The position numbers and the translations under genes are program-made. Positions 34,401 through 47,237 of a DNA stretch of 64,000 bases are shown piece after piece; the stretch's first letter is position 1, and every line of letters begins with the position of its first letter. Location of the stretch: positions 62,001 to 126,000 of the forward strand of contig NIVC01002409.1 of NCBI GenBank assembly GCA_002269645.1, in the 5' to 3' direction. Below the pieces are notes generated by a model. The model was not told where the DNA came from. It ran no database searches and saw nothing but the letters and a program-made list of their open reading frames with translations. Source of the DNA: Macrostomum lignano. Taxonomy: Eukaryota.

Positions 34401-37400
34401 CCCAATCCCTCAGTGAGCCACTGCTGGACCCTTCCCGATCCCTCAGTGAGCCACTGCCACCCTTCCCGATCCCTCAGTGAGCCACTGCTGGACCCTTCCC
34501 GATCCCTCAGTGAGCCACTGCTGGACCCTTCCCGATCCGTCAGTGAGCCACTGCCACCCTTCCCGATCCCTCAGTGAGCCACTGCTGGACCCTTCCCGAT
34601 CCCTCAGTGAGCCACTGCCACCCTTCCCGATCCCTCAGTGAGCCACTGCTGGACCCTTCCCGATCCGTCAGTGAGCCACTGCTGGACCCTTTCCGATCCG
34701 TCAGTGAGCCAATGCCACCCTTCCCAATCCCTCAGTGAGCCACTGCTGGACCCTTCCCGATCCCTCAGTGAGCCACTGCCACCCTTCCCGATCCCTCAGT
34801 GAGCCACTGCTGGACCCTTCCCGATCCCTCAGTGAGCCACTGCCACCCTTCCCGATCCCTCAGTGAGCCAATGCCACCCTTCCCAATCCCTCAGTGAGCC
34901 ACTGCTGGACCCTTCCCGATCCCTCAGTGAGCCACTGCCACCCTTCCCGATCCCTCAGTGAGCCACTGCTGGACCCTTCCCGATCCGTCAGTGAGCCACT
35001 GCTGGACCCTTCCCGATCCCTCAGTGAGCCAATGCCACCCTTCCCAATCCCTCAGTGAGCCACTGCTGGACCCTTCCCGATCCCTCAGTGAGCCACTGCC
35101 ACCCTTCCCGATCCCTCAGTGAGCCACTGCTGGACCCTTCCCGATCCGTCAGTGAGCCACTGCTGGACCCTTCCCGATCCCTCAGTGAGCCAATGCCACC
35201 CTTCCCAATCCCTCAGTGAGCCACTGCTGGACCCTTCCCGATCCGTCAGTGAGCCACTGCCACCCTTCCCGATCCCTCAGTGAGCCACTGCTGGACCCTT
35301 CCCGATCCCTCAGTGAGCCACTGCCACCCTTCCCGATCCCTCAGTGAGCCACTGCTGGACCCTTCCCGATCCCTCAGTGAGCCACTGCCACCCTTCCCAA
35401 TCCCTCAGTGAGCCACTGCTGGACCCTTCCCGATCCCTCAGTGAGCCACTGCTGGACCCTTCCCGATCCCTCAGTGAGCCAATGCCACCCTTCCCAATCC
35501 CTCAGTGAGCCACTGCTGGACCCTTCCCGATCCCTCAGTGAGCCACTGCCACCCTTCCCGATCCCTCGGTTCTTGGTAGCTCTCTGCCAGTGCACCGCTA
35601 TCTCAAAAGTACACGCTGATCTCTCTCTCCCTCAATTCAAGTACAGCCAGGCCAGCAGCCTCATCCCAATAATTATATCTGACCTGCTGCCGCTTCAGTT
35701 CTGCTTCTAATCTGTTTCTTTCTTCTGGGGAGCCGCCGTTCGCCTGGCCTACCAGCCAGAATGCGTTCTGCATTGGATATCTGCCCCCCGCCAGGGACTC
35801 TGCGCCCCCTGAGGTCGTATTTCCTCCCACAGAGGCCCGTCGCTGCTCTTGCCTTGCTGCAGTGTGTTTTACACGGCACACAGCCCCCCCCCCAGACTGC
35901 CGCTGGGGCCAAGGGGAAGTTGCTGGCTGGTCGGCCGGCCTCCCCTGTCCCTCTGTGCGATCGATGCAGCCCGTGCGAGACTCCGCTGAGACCCTCGCAC
36001 TATTGGCGAGTTCAGCGCGGCCTTCCGCTGCGGCAGTCGCAGAATAGCAAGCCCTAATTATATACAGGTTGATGTGGCAGAAAATTCTTAGCATTAGTGT
36101 TGGGCCTGCCACACTTTGCTCTACAAGCCAAGCACGTTATTTTGCTGTCCTGGTAGAAAGATGGGAGGGCAGGGAGACTGCTGCACTCTGCAGGCTTAGG
36201 AGAGCTGTGTGTGCTCACCTGTTTTCAACTAAGTCTGTCCCGGCCCCGGAGTCTGCACGTACTGTTGAGGAAGTTGGGATGAAGTTGGGATGAAGTGCAG
36301 TTTGAGCTCAGGCCGCTCAGGTTGAGCTGCGGTGTGGGCTGCAGTCTCCTTTCAATTTTACTGACTGATGGTTGGGAGGCCGGAAATGCACAGCTGCGAT
36401 TAGAATAATTTGTTGCAACTGTTCTTCTACCTGATTACACACTGAGGTCTACCTGATTACACAATGCGTTCTACCTGATTACACACTGAGTTCTACCTGA
36501 TTACACAATGCGTTCTTCCTGCTTACACACTGAGGTCTACCTGCTTACACACTGAGGTCTACCTGATTACACACTGAGGTCTACCTGATTACACACTGAG
36601 TTCTACCTGATTACACACTGAGGTCTACCTGATTACACACTGAGTTCTACCTGCTTACACACTGAGGTCTACCTGATTACACAATGCGTTCTACCTGATT
36701 ACACAATGCGTTCTACCTGATTACATACTGAGTTCTACCTGCTTACATACTGAATTTGAGCGAGTTCTCGTCTAATAGGTTTTCATGGCGAGATTCACTG
36801 ACTCATCGATCTGCGCGCAGCTTTCTCTTCTTCATGCTATCGACCTTCGGTTTCTATGCAGTACACTTAGTAGCAGAGCCGAGCGCTTATGTGGCGAATG
36901 CCGGGCTTTCCTACACTGGGTTCTGCATTGAGAGACAGAGAAATGAAATATCGACCTTGTCCGCTTCTATTATCTGTCGGTAATGACGCTGCACTCTGGG
37001 AGCTAGTGCTGTGAAAATGAGCACACACAGAGGCACACTTTCACCCCGCCTGCTCAAGCCCGGTCTGTCTGGGTTGGTCAGCCAGCAACTGGATTAAGAA
37101 GTGCAAGCACGCCTCAGTAAGACTTGCGAAATTCTGGGTCGTATTGAAACGGGCGGGAGGAAGGAAAAGAGGGAGGGAGATGAGGGAGATGAGGGAGATA
37201 AGTGAGATGAGGGAGATGAGGGAGATGAGAGAGATGGGGGAGAGAGAGATAAGTGAGATGAGAGAGATAAGTGAGATGAGAGAGATAAGTGAGATGAGAG
37301 AGATAAGTGAGATGGGGGAGATGAGAGAGATGAGGGAGATGAGGGAGATGAGGGAGGTGAGGGAGATGAGAGAGATTAGGGAGATGAGGGAGATGAGAGA

Positions 37401-39818
37401 GAAGAGGGAGATTAGGGCGATAAAGGAGATGAGGGAGATGAGAGAGATGAGGGAGGTGAGGGAGATGAGGGAGATAAGAGAGATGAGGGAGATGAGAGAG
37501 AAGAGGAAGATTAGGGCGATGAGGGAGATGAGAGAGATGAGGGAGATGATGGAGATGAGTGAGATGAGAGAGATAAGGGAGATGAGGGAGATGAGGGAGA
37601 TAAGAGAGATAAGGGAGATGAGGGAGATAAGAGAGATAAGAGAGATAAGAGAGATAAGAGAGATGAGGGAGATGAGAGAGAAGAGGGAGATAAGGGCGAT
37701 GAGGGAGATGAGAGAGATTAGGGGATTAGGGCGATGAGGGAGATGAAAAAGATGAGGGAGATGAAGGAAATAAGAGAGATGAGGGAAGGGAGGTAAAACA
37801 CTATATTCTGTGGCTCATGGACTACTAGGTGGATTGGAAACTGACCGGCCAAGCCGCAAGAGGTGCACAGAAAAAGAGAAGAATTGAGAAAATGCCAGAT
37901 AAAAGCAGAGAAGCTGCAATGCATTTTCGGCTCTACCTGGCTTCCATGTAACTTTTAGTTAGCTCGTGTTTGCACGGGCAAGTTAAAGCGACAGTCGCAG
38001 AGGCAAGCTGACCCTGAGCTCGCGCACTCGTTTCTCACCGTCAGGCGCTGCATCATCACCCAGCTGCTTTGCCAATAAAATGCGTTATCGTACCAGCGAG
38101 TTTCCAATCCAGACACCTAATGCTAGATTGCCATGCTTTCTCCCCAGGGGGAGGGTAGTCAAGGAGGCCGCGGCTCCGCCTCTGTACTGTTGGCAGTGGG
38201 AAAGCCCAATTGAGATTTTGAGACAGCACCATCCAATTGATTAATCTGTGATGAAGGATCGCCTTGGCTGGTCTGGCGGAAGCTTTAGTTGAATCTTTTT
38301 CGGTTTTTTATTCACTTGGCTGCAGGAGGGGCCGCCCGCCTCTGCACGCCTCGCTGCTAATTGGGCCTGCGCTAGTTTTTGGAGGCCGGGCTAACCCGTG
38401 TAATTACCTGCAGTCTCTCTTCTCCCTCACTTCAGAGATTTTCGCACAAAAGCTTGCTTTATTGACAGGCACCGTTCACGATCGCCAAAAATATATGCGC
38501 TGACTTGTCCTTTATTAATATTTCACATCTCTGTCACTTATTCCTGGTTCAATATTTAAATGTATAGGCAACCAACGAAATTGACGATTAATCTGAAATA
38601 CGCTTTCAGGCTACTTATTGGATTGTCAGTAGTCGATATGGGATTTTTCGACTGTGTTATTAAAGTATTGTAAAAGTACAAACAGATTTTGTCACGATAT
38701 GTATCGAAAGCTATTCTTTGGCCAATAGGTATGGACAATTATTTTTTGCCGATATGTATCGACAACTACTCTTTGCCGATATGTATCGACAACTACTCTT
38801 TGCCGATATGTATCGACAACTACTCTTTGCCGATATGTATCGACAACTACTCTTTGCCGATATGTATCGACAACTACTCTTTGCCGATATGTATCGACAA
38901 CTACTCTTTGCCGATATGTATCGACAACTACTCCTTGCCGATATGCATCGAAATCTATTCTTTGCCGATATGTATCGAACATCTATTCTTTGCCGATATG
39001 TATCGACAACTACTCTTGGCCGATATGTAACGACAACTACTCTTTGCCGATATGTATTGACAACTACTCTTTGCCGATATGTAACGACAACTACTCTTTG
39101 CCGATATGTATCGAAATCTATTATTTGCCGAAATGTATCGAACATCTATTCTTTGCCGATATGTATCGACTACTACTCTTTGCCGATATGTATCGACAAC
39201 TACTATTTGGCGATATGTATTTCTAAATGCATTGCAGTTGTCCGCGATCTGCACAAGCAGCAGCCAGAGCGGCTGGCCGACCCCGTCGAGCTGCGCCGCC
39301 TGCCCCAGTTCGTGCCGGACTACACGGCCAAGGCCAAGCAGAACATGCAGTACCTGAAGATCACGCAGGCCCAGTACGCCGCCCTGCTGCGCATCTCCGA
39401 CATCATCAGGCAGGAGGAGGCCGCGGCCGGGCGAGAGTTCGCCGGCCCGGAGCTCGAAGAGAAGCTCGGCGCCCTGTTCGCCGCCTACTTTCCCAGGCAG
39501 CTGGGCCGCCAAGGTATCGGCGGCAGGCGGCCGTCCCGCTTCTCCGTCAACAGCCCCTTCGCCGCCAGCGCCGCCGCGTCGCCTACTAACGAAGCCAGGG
39601 CTGCCGCCGCCGCCTTCCAAACCGCCTCTCCGTCATCGGTCGAAGCCTCCGCCAGCGCAGCCGCTTCCGCCGCCGCCGCCGCCCCAACCGCCCCCGCCGA
39701 CGCCGTCGTTGTGGTCGACGCTGCTCCGGCACCGGCCGCTGCCGTGGCCGCCGCTGCCGACGCTGCCGCCTCTGCTAATGACGATTCGCCATTGATTAAT
39801 GGGGGAGTCAGCGCTTGA
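28414..39818 (+). CDS. CNNM: CNNM/ACDP metal (Mg2+) transporter: DUF21 + CBS pair + cyclic-nucleotide-binding-homology domain
   Basis: Exons 28414-29926, 32024-32152, 32421-32511, 33189-33346 and 39238-39818; GT-AG, in frame, 823 aa. Motifs SGLFSGLNLGL, LLLGNVLVN, GEIIPQALC, GFTRIPIY, GLVTLEDILEEIIQEEIEDETD, FVPDYTAKA. ATG 28396 is an in-frame alternative start. Confidence 0.9.
29945..30332. repeat. 20-bp minisatellite (GAGACTTCAGGATAGAATCT) in CNNM intron 1
   Basis: Read directly. Confidence 0.9.
30998..31744. mobile_element. MITE-like element whose interior is a (TCTAG/TCTAA)n microsatellite
   Basis: Imperfect terminal IR (GGGTCTATGAGAATTTCCCGCAG / CTACGGGAATTCTCGTGCTCCC); inner IR TGAAATCTAGTCTAT 31068-31082 / ATAGACTGGATTTCA 31668-31682; AAACAAT on both flanks. 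Confidence 0.6.
32180..32325. repeat. 31-bp minisatellite in CNNM intron 2
   Basis: Unit GATCCTCAGTTGCTGGGCCATCGCCCTCCCA. Confidence 0.85.
32757..33112. repeat. 39-bp minisatellite (about 9 copies) in CNNM intron 3
   Basis: Unit CTTTGATGTCTACCGCCACGTTTTTAAGCTAAGCGGGTC. Confidence 0.9.
33375..33885. repeat. Composite CCCAGTGTACA-core minisatellite at the start of CNNM intron 4
   Basis: Read directly; variable unit lengths. Confidence 0.85.
34135..35567. repeat. 33/31-bp two-variant minisatellite in CNNM intron 4
   Basis: CCCTTCCCGATCC(C/G)TCAGTGAGCCACTGC followed by TGGA (33 bp) or CA (31 bp). Confidence 0.9.
36427..36752. repeat. 22-bp minisatellite (CTACCTGATTACACACTGAGTT)
   Basis: Read directly. 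Confidence 0.9.
37175..37790. repeat. GA-rich 9-bp-period repeat (GAGATGAGG/GAGATAAGA)
   Basis: Read directly. Confidence 0.9.
38745..39215. repeat. 27-bp minisatellite ending just before the CNNM last exon
   Basis: Unit TACTCTTTGCCGATATGTATCGACAAC. Confidence 0.9.
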
Positions 39819-39889
39819 GGAGTTTTTTCATCACCCCCTGTCGGCTAGCTGGGTCCCGGCCTCCCCTCTGCTCCCTTCGTTACTGCTGG

Positions 39890-40498
39890 CTGCTGCTGCT
39901 GAGTCAGTGTGCTGGCTGCTGCTGAGTCAGTGTGCTGGCTGCTGCTGAGTCAGTGTGCAGGCTGCTGCTGAGTCAGTGTGCTGGCTGCTGCTGAGTCAGT
40001 GTGCTGGCTGCTGCTGAGTCAGTGTGCAGGCTGCTGCTGAGTCAGTGTGCAGGCTGCTGCTGAGTCAGTGTGCAGGCTGTTGCTGAGTCAGTGTGCTGGC
40101 TACTGCTGAGTCAGTGTGCTGGCTGCTGCTGAGTCAGTGTGCTGGCTGCTGCTGAGTCAGTGTGCTGCTGAGTCAGTGTGCTGGCTGCTGCTGAGTCAGT
40201 GTGCTGGCTGCTGCTGAGTCAGTGTGCTGCTGAGTCAGTGTGCTGGCTGCTGCTGAGTCAGTGTGCTGGCTGCTGCTGAGTCAGTGTGCTGCTGAGTCAG
40301 TGTGCAGGCTGTTGCTGAGTCAGTGTGCTGGCTACTGCTGAGTCAGTGTGCAGGCTGCTGCTGAGTCAGTGTGCAGGTTGCTGCTGAGTCAGTGTGCAGG
40401 CTGCTGCTGAGTCAGTGTGCAGGCTGTTGCTGAGTCAGTGTGCAGGCTGCTGCTGAGTCAGTGTGCAGGCTGTTGCTGAGTCAGTGTGCAGGCTGCTG
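39890..40498. repeat. 23-bp minisatellite downstream of CNNM; each unit contains TGAGTCA
   Basis: Unit GAGTCAGTGTGC(T/A)GGCTGCTGCT. Confidence 0.9.
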
Positions 40499-41114
40499 AT
40501 TGTATCAACAGCTCTCCAGAAAAAGAATTACGAGCCAAGCTCCTATAATCGCCCAAAATGTAATATTTCCCGAATCCCAATTCCCTGAGCGAGCCCACAA
40601 AGCCATCCCACAAGCGCTAAGTGAGTTGCCTTTTCGATTTTGTTTTCTTACATCTGTTTTTGCAACGGCGTGTTTTGTTAGGTCACACCCGAGCTCTAGC
40701 GAGGATTTTTCACATTGTCAATCAAGACTTACAGCAGTTTTTCATGACTGTTTGTCCTATTTTTGTCTTCTTGTTCTTCTGCGCGGCGCCCATCGACAAA
40801 GATAAAAAGAAAAAAGTGCAACACAAAAAAACAATTTTCTCTTTCTATATTGTGCGTTTTGCCTTATCTACCGAGAAAAAAGATATTTTTGCTAGATGGA
40901 GTCCCCTGATACACTTTGTGACTCTTTCTCTCTGGCTGACCGCCCTAGCATAAATGTATTGCCTGTGTCTGATGACGACTGACTCTGGACAGTGCGTGGT
41001 TTTTTATTCCCGCTTTTGTCTTGTTTTTAATTTTTTTACTGTTTCCTATCCGAGATAGTTTTTATTTTCTTCCAGTTTTTGTTAGCCTATCGATTATTTG
41101 CAGCAGTTAGAGGT

Positions 41115-41588
41115 CCGCGGAGTGAGGTGGGTGATAGGAATGTACATTTAGACCCTGTAAACTTATAGAGCCTCGATGCCAGCCAATGAGATTCAAGGAA
41201 TGGTTTGTAGTGGCGATTGGCGGCGTGAGGTGGGTTCTAGAGGGTAGGAATGTACATTTAGAGCCCTGCGTGTTTTGAGCGCCGATGCCAGCCAATGAGA
41301 TTCAAGGAAGGGTTTTTAGTGGCGGCTGGCGGCGTGAGGTGGGTTATAGAGGGTAGGAAGGAATGTATATTTCGAGCCCGTGCGTGTTTTGTAGCGCCGA
41401 TGCCAGCCAATGAGATCGAAGGAAGGGTTTTTAGTGGCGGCTGGCGGCGTGAGGTGGGTTATAGAGGGTAGGAAGGAATGTATATTTAGAGCCCGAGAGT
41501 ATTTTGTAGCGCCGATGCCAGCCAATGAGATTCAAGGAAGGCTTTCTAGTGGCGGCTGGCGGCGTGAGGTGGATTCTAGAGGGTAGGC
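41115..41588. repeat. ~109-115-bp tandem repeat, 4 copies, each with CAGCCAATGAG
   Basis: CCAAT at 41183, 41292, 41407 and 41522. Confidence 0.85.
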
Positions 41589-42429
41589 AGACGGCACAGA
41601 TTTCCTTTGATTTTTTAGCTCTAAATTTATAGTTTTTAATCGCCATCGCGCTTAGTTACCGTACTCCGGCCTGATTCAGCTCATAGCGTGTTTTTATTCG
41701 TGTTTTAACGTGTTTGCAGTTCGGATTCTGATAATGATTGCTGATTCTTGACGTACAAGTTTGGAAATTCATATTCAAGTTTCAAATTCAAAGAGATCAA
41801 CACATTCAATATGTTTATATAACTCCTCTAGACATTTTGTTATGTTGCATATTTTTATTCATTTGCTCACTCATTAGCATTGAACATTCGGTCTGTGCTT
41901 TGTTGCCGCTGTGCCTGCGGCCTGCTGGGGCTCCGATGAAGTTCAGTTTTATAATCATTTGCTCGCATTAGCGTCCAATTTGATAGCTATTTGAGTACCG
42001 CTATGAGCATCTTTCACTTATCTGCACTTTTTTTATTTCTACATGTACCTCATCATGCGCTAAATGACACATTTTGTGCACTGCACTTTTATTTAAGCTA
42101 ATTAACTAATTACCACCTGTGTTTTCTACTAGAGTATTGACTGTAGTAACTAAATATAAGTAGCACAATGGCATGCATATTTTACTAAACAGTTCCTTGC
42201 CTACTGGCTCGAGATCACTTTAGTTAATGGAAATCAAATCGACTTCAAATTGGGTTTTATTTTTTTAGTATCTGAATGTTGCTTACTGCACTACTGACAG
42301 TAGGGCACTGAGATTACAAATCATACCATGACATTCGACTGCAAGCATTAAATAATAATTATGTCGAATTATCGCTCAAAACAGTCACGGTGCCTTTATT
42401 GGAACCATCAGTGCCTGAATTACAATTAA

Positions 42430-42688
42430 TGCCTGAATCCCAATCAGTGATACCTGAATCCCAATCAGTGATACCTGAATCACAGTCATCATAGCCTGAA
42501 TCACAGTTATCATAGCCTGAATCACAGTCATCATAGCCTGAATCACAGTTATCATAGCCTGAATCACAGTCATCATAGCCTGAATCACAGTCATCATAGC
42601 CTGAATCACAGTTATCATAGCCTGAATCACAGTCATCATAGCCTGAATCACAGTTATCATAGCCTGAATCACAGTTATCATAGCCTGG
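42430..42688. repeat. 21-bp minisatellite (CCTGAATCACAGTCATCATAG)
   Basis: Read directly. Confidence 0.9.
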
Positions 42689-44148
42689 GTGCTTTCGAGC
42701 TCTCACTGATATAGATCTTAGATTTCCTCAGTTGCCATGCAGTCGTCCAGATAAAAGGTCCATGCCGCCATGTCCTCTCCGAGTCAATAAATCCTGCTCA
42801 AGCGCTTCCTGTTTCTTGAGTAGCGGGCTGATGATGAGGTCTATTTTCTGTCTCTCCGCTACTAGACAGCCAGTTTCGATTGACTTCACGCAGGCCAGTC
42901 ATTTCTTATTTTAGAAGTCCATGGCAGCAGCAGCACTTGGCCAGCCGCAATATAATATCTCCAGCGAGAAGTGGGTAGAGCTGGACTCGAAGAGGGTCGC
43001 CTCTGATGGAGAAAGCCTGCCAGCGAACTCACTTATAAGCTGCCGAGCTGCGATGACAATCAGAGATTCCGGGCTCGGGGACTCGTCAGTTCAATCTCCC
43101 CAACTGATTGAGGGGAGGTCCGAGAAAATCCCATTAGTAAGCTAAGGGGCGTGGAGTACTAGACCTAGAATGTGGAGAGAAGGATGAGACAGCCCCAGCC
43201 AAGGAGTTTTCAGCTGAGTTTTGTAGTCTGTTCCATCTGCAGAGGCGTAAGCAGCTGGCAAAAATGCATTTGGCGCCACTGGTGCTGGCGCCACTGGTGC
43301 TGGCGCCACTGGTGCTGGCGCCACTGGTGTTGGTGGCGCCCCCCAATGAAAACTCCGGACTAATCTTTCCCCGCCAAACCGGACATTCTGTCCGGGACTC
43401 CATGGCCAAAGGATTTCGCATTAAAGTGAGTCAGCTTCTGCTCACGAAATCCCCTTTTTCGCCCAGATCCCAGCCAGAGAAATCCCGCCTGAGCCAAGAG
43501 GTTCATCTCTCCCGCGCGTCCAAGAAGGCCGAGCCGCTGCATGCGCGGGCAAGTCGGGCAGGGCGGCCACGCAGCCGCCGTTTATTTCCGGTGTTGGTCG
43601 GCAACAGTAAAACAAAACAGAAACAAAACAGAAACGACTGGGACGTCAGGAGCAGAAAATTATAAAAACAACAACGGACAGAAGATCATCTGGGTGACAG
43701 GAATTCTTTGGGCGATAATGGGATTCTATTTATGAGTAATATCTGGGGAGGCCTGCTGAGAACAAAAGACTATTCAGGTGAGTAGGGGGGGGGGGGCACT
43801 CGTGTGCTCCGGTGCAGAGTGGACAACATGAAGCTGACGGTGCGGCAGGGAGGGTCCGACAGCACGGGACAGAAAATGACATCTCTTTGCGCGCCTGTCG
43901 GGGACCTCAGCGGACACTTGGACTGGAAACTGATACTGGGTGCAAAAGTCAGCCATGCTGAAATTGACCCAAGTGTTCCAGTCCAGGTCAGCAGTGGTCC
44001 CGAGCGCCTGCTCAGGCTAACAACTCATTTTATAGACAAATCTGATAACTCAAAACTGAAGAAAGAACACAAGATAACAAAACAATTGTTAATGGATAAA
44101 AAACACAGCTGAAAGAGAGGGGGCAGCTGGGAGGATGATGATGGGGCG

Positions 44149-45249
44149 TCACGCGTACGACCTGAGCTCCGTGAAGACGTCGATGAAAAAGGCCGGGTCG
44201 GAGTTGAGCCGCAGCATGTCGGCGCTGCGCAGGTTGGCCAGGCTGATGCATCGATCCCAGAATGCCGCCCGGTTGCCGTCCACCAGGAAGGGCTTGAGCG
44301 GGTAGCTGATCTCGTTGCCCATGTAGGAGTAGGCCACGTACAGGCAGGTGAGCAGCGTGGCCTGCAGCTGCCGCTCCGAGGCGATGTCGGCTGGCACAGC
44401 CGCCTTCACCAGCAGGTAGAAGAACACGAGGTTCGGCGGGTTCACGAAGGCCATGTCCGCCCAGCCCTGCAGGATGAGGTTGCGGTCCACAGAGCGGATC
44501 CAGGACACCACGGAGCCGGAGTCGCAGTGGAGCTCGGAGCAGTGCTGGCGCAGGAAGGCCGCCACGCACTTCAGCAGATCCGAGGTGCTCGCCTGCACCA
44601 GCAGCCGCCGGCTGTCGGAGGCGCCGGACCGGCCGGTGTTCTCCTTGTCGCCTTCCGGCGTCACGCCGGCAGCGGCCGCGGCGGCGGTGCCAGCCGAAGC
44701 TGAGGCAGCGGCGGCGCCTGCAGCCGAAGCTTTGATGGCGTAGCAGGAGGTGGACTTGGTGAGGCCGGAGCGGCTCTGCTGCGACTTGCAAGGGGCCGCC
44801 GGCAGCTGCAGTTGTTGCTGCTGCGGCTGCAGCAGGTGGCCTCCGTGGTGATGATGATGATGAGGCTGGGGATTCTGCGCCCCGCCATCATGGGACCAGT
44901 TGGAAATCGTGGCTATGGACGATGGCGGCAGCAGCTGGTGAGGCTGCTGGGGCTGCTGGGGCTGCTGCTTGCCCGCCAGCTGCTGCTGCTGCGCTGCCGT
45001 CTTGTCCTTCCGCCTGCCGAAGCCGGCCTGCCCGATGCTGAGGTTGCGGAAGCTGATGGAGCTCGGCAGGCCGGATCTGAACAAGCCGCTCGAGTGTCCG
45101 GAATTGGCTGAACTACCCCCGGCCAGGGAGGCCCGGTCAGTCTTGAGGCTGAAGGTGGACTTGGAGGTGCGCAGCTGCTGGCCCCATCCGCTGCCACCGT
45201 TGATGCCGTTGGGCGGCCCGTCTCGGGGCGAGGAGAGCGCCGTGCCCAT
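44149..45249 (-). CDS. CDK5R1: Cyclin-dependent kinase 5 activator (p35/p39 family), single exon
   Basis: N-terminal MGT myristoylation-type start; C-terminal QASTSDLLKC, WIRSVDRNLILQGW, FVNPPNLVFFYLL, LTCLYVAYSYMGNEISYPLKPFLV, FWDRC, FTELR. Confidence 0.93.
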   Translation of the reverse strand: MGTALSSPRDGPPNGINGGSGWGQQLRTSKSTFSLKTDRASLAGGSSANSGHSSGLFRSGLPSSISFRNLSIGQAGFGRRKDKTAAQQQQLAGKQQPQQPQQPHQLLPPSSIATISNWSHDGGAQNPQPHHHHHHGGHLLQPQQQQLQLPAAPCKSQQSRSGLTKSTSCYAIKASAAGAAAASASAGTAAAAAAGVTPEGDKENTGRSGASDSRRLLVQASTSDLLKCVAAFLRQHCSELHCDSGSVVSWIRSVDRNLILQGWADMAFVNPPNLVFFYLLVKAAVPADIASERQLQATLLTCLYVAYSYMGNEISYPLKPFLVDGNRAAFWDRCISLANLRSADMLRLNSDPAFFIDVFTELRSYA

Positions 45250-46364
45250 GGCTGTCCGAGCTGAGCTGCGAATGTCGGCCGCGAGTTCAGCAGAAGCGGC
45301 GGGCCATTGCGGATGATCAACTTTCTTCTTGAGCTTCTTGTGCTTCTTCGGCCACCGATAAGTTTTCGCAGCGGCGATCGCACGAGTCGGGGAGGCTGGG
45401 CCGGGGTTCAGCGAGCGCCCGGCATCGCCCCGCTATTTAAAACTGAAACCTGCGCTTGCGAGCCGGGGTGGAGAGGGCAGGCAGGGGGGAGGCTGTGAGC
45501 TCGCGAATGCAGGCAGACGCCAAAGGAAAAGCGACTCGAGACGAGGCTGCAACTACAGCAGGGGAAGCTGGGCTGGGGCAGATGAAGGCTGAGCAGCTGG
45601 GGCTACCTGCGACCTGAGACCGGGGGCTGAGCGCAAAGGGAAATTGGAATGGGGAGAGGCTGGGCGAAGTGGCGGAGGATGAGGCGCGGCGGCTCTACGG
45701 CGACGCTGAGCTGCATTGGCTGGAGAGGCGGGAGATGCGCGGGTTTGAGCAGGGGAACTCAAGCACTGGCGCTGCCCCCGCTCAGCCTCTCCCTCTCTAT
45801 CCCCCCTTCCCAATCCCAGCATCCGTCACTGCCTCATCGCGGGCTGCAGAGCAGCGTGGGGCCGGCTGAAGCCCATAAAAATCGATACGCGCTGAGGCGG
45901 GAGGGAGAAGGCGGCACGCCACCCCCCCCCTGCCTGCCGTCCCCGCGGTATCCAAGGCCGGGCGGAGGCGGCCGCAGCTGAGGGCGTCTCCGCGCCTCGC
46001 TCCCTCGCCCTGCCGCCTCGGGGCAGGGGAACGATGCAAAGAATGAGGGAAGAAACTCCCGCATTAGGGATTGGGAAGGGAAGAGTCTGCTGGGGGAGAG
46101 GCCGACAGACGCAGTGGCTGCGCGAAGGACGCCCCGCTGTCCTCTGGGCGGCTGCCCTGAGCATCCAGCGAGTGAAAGCTGCCCGGGTTTGTTGTGCAAG
46201 ACGGGAAAGGGAAAGCGGAGGCTGAGGGGATGATGGCGGATGCTGGACAGGATAATGAGGAATTAATGAAGAATTGGAGAACTATTAAACTGACTGCTCG
46301 ATGTGAAATGGTAAACTGAACAAAGATTCAATCGTGGAGAGGGGAACGTGGGGTTTAGACACGG

Positions 46365-46861
46365 GGGTGAGGATCGGAGACGGAGGGTGAGGATCGGAGA
46401 CGGAGGGTGAGGATAGGAGATGGAGGGTGAGGATCGGAGACGGAGGGTGAGGATCGGAGATGGAGGGTGAGGATCGGAGACGGAGGGTGAGGATCGGAGA
46501 TGGAGGGTGAGGATCGGAGACGGAGGGTGAGGATCGGAGACGGAGGGCGAGGATCGGAGACGGAGGGTGAGGATCGGAGACGGAGAGTGAGGATCGGAGA
46601 CGGAGGGTGAGGATCGGAGATGGAGAGTGAGGATCGGAGACGGAGGGTGAGGATCGGAGACGGAGGGTGAGGATCGGAGACGGAGGGTGAGGATCGGAGA
46701 CGGAGGGTGAGGATCGGAGACGGAGGGTGAGGATCGGAGACGGAGGGTGAGGATCGGAGATGGAGGGTGAGGATCGGAGACGGAGGGTGAGGATCGGAGA
46801 TGAAGGGTGAGGATCGGAGATGGAGGGTGAGGATCGGAGATGGAGGGTGAGGATCGGAGAG
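46365..46861. repeat. 20-bp minisatellite (CGGAGGGTGAGGATCGGAGA)
   Basis: Read directly. Confidence 0.92.
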
Positions 46862-47237
46862 GAAACACGCTGAAAAATATATTATAAATGAAAATGGGAA
46901 CAGATGAAGAACAGCGAGAAGTGGACAGAGACACAAAGAGCAGGGGATGATAACTGGATGTTGCGACGTTTGAGCTGGGATTAATGGCGAAGTCGCGAGC
47001 TCATCTCTCATCCCGATTTTATCCTCGGTCAGTGAGGAGATTCGCAATTGTTCCTCTCAGTCGCGATTGTGTTTCGGTTGCTGGGCGACCGAATGCGAAC
47101 CCGGTGATCAGTGCGGCTTCGACAAAGGAGGGAATTATAGGTAGGGAAAAGGTAATTAATATCAGGGCGGACAAATGGGCTGCACTGTCTTTGTTAAAGT
47201 CGCTTGATTTACAACTCTAAGGCAGATGGGACTCTAA

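Noticed and set aside
38718-39237. N-terminal part of the 366-aa ORF as coding
   Set aside because: It is the intronic 27-bp array; CNNM similarity starts only at the acceptor at 39237/39238.
43060-43095. Hammerhead ribozyme (minus-strand CUGACGAGUCCC)
   Set aside because: No stem II closure followed by GAAA and no cleavage triplet could be found.
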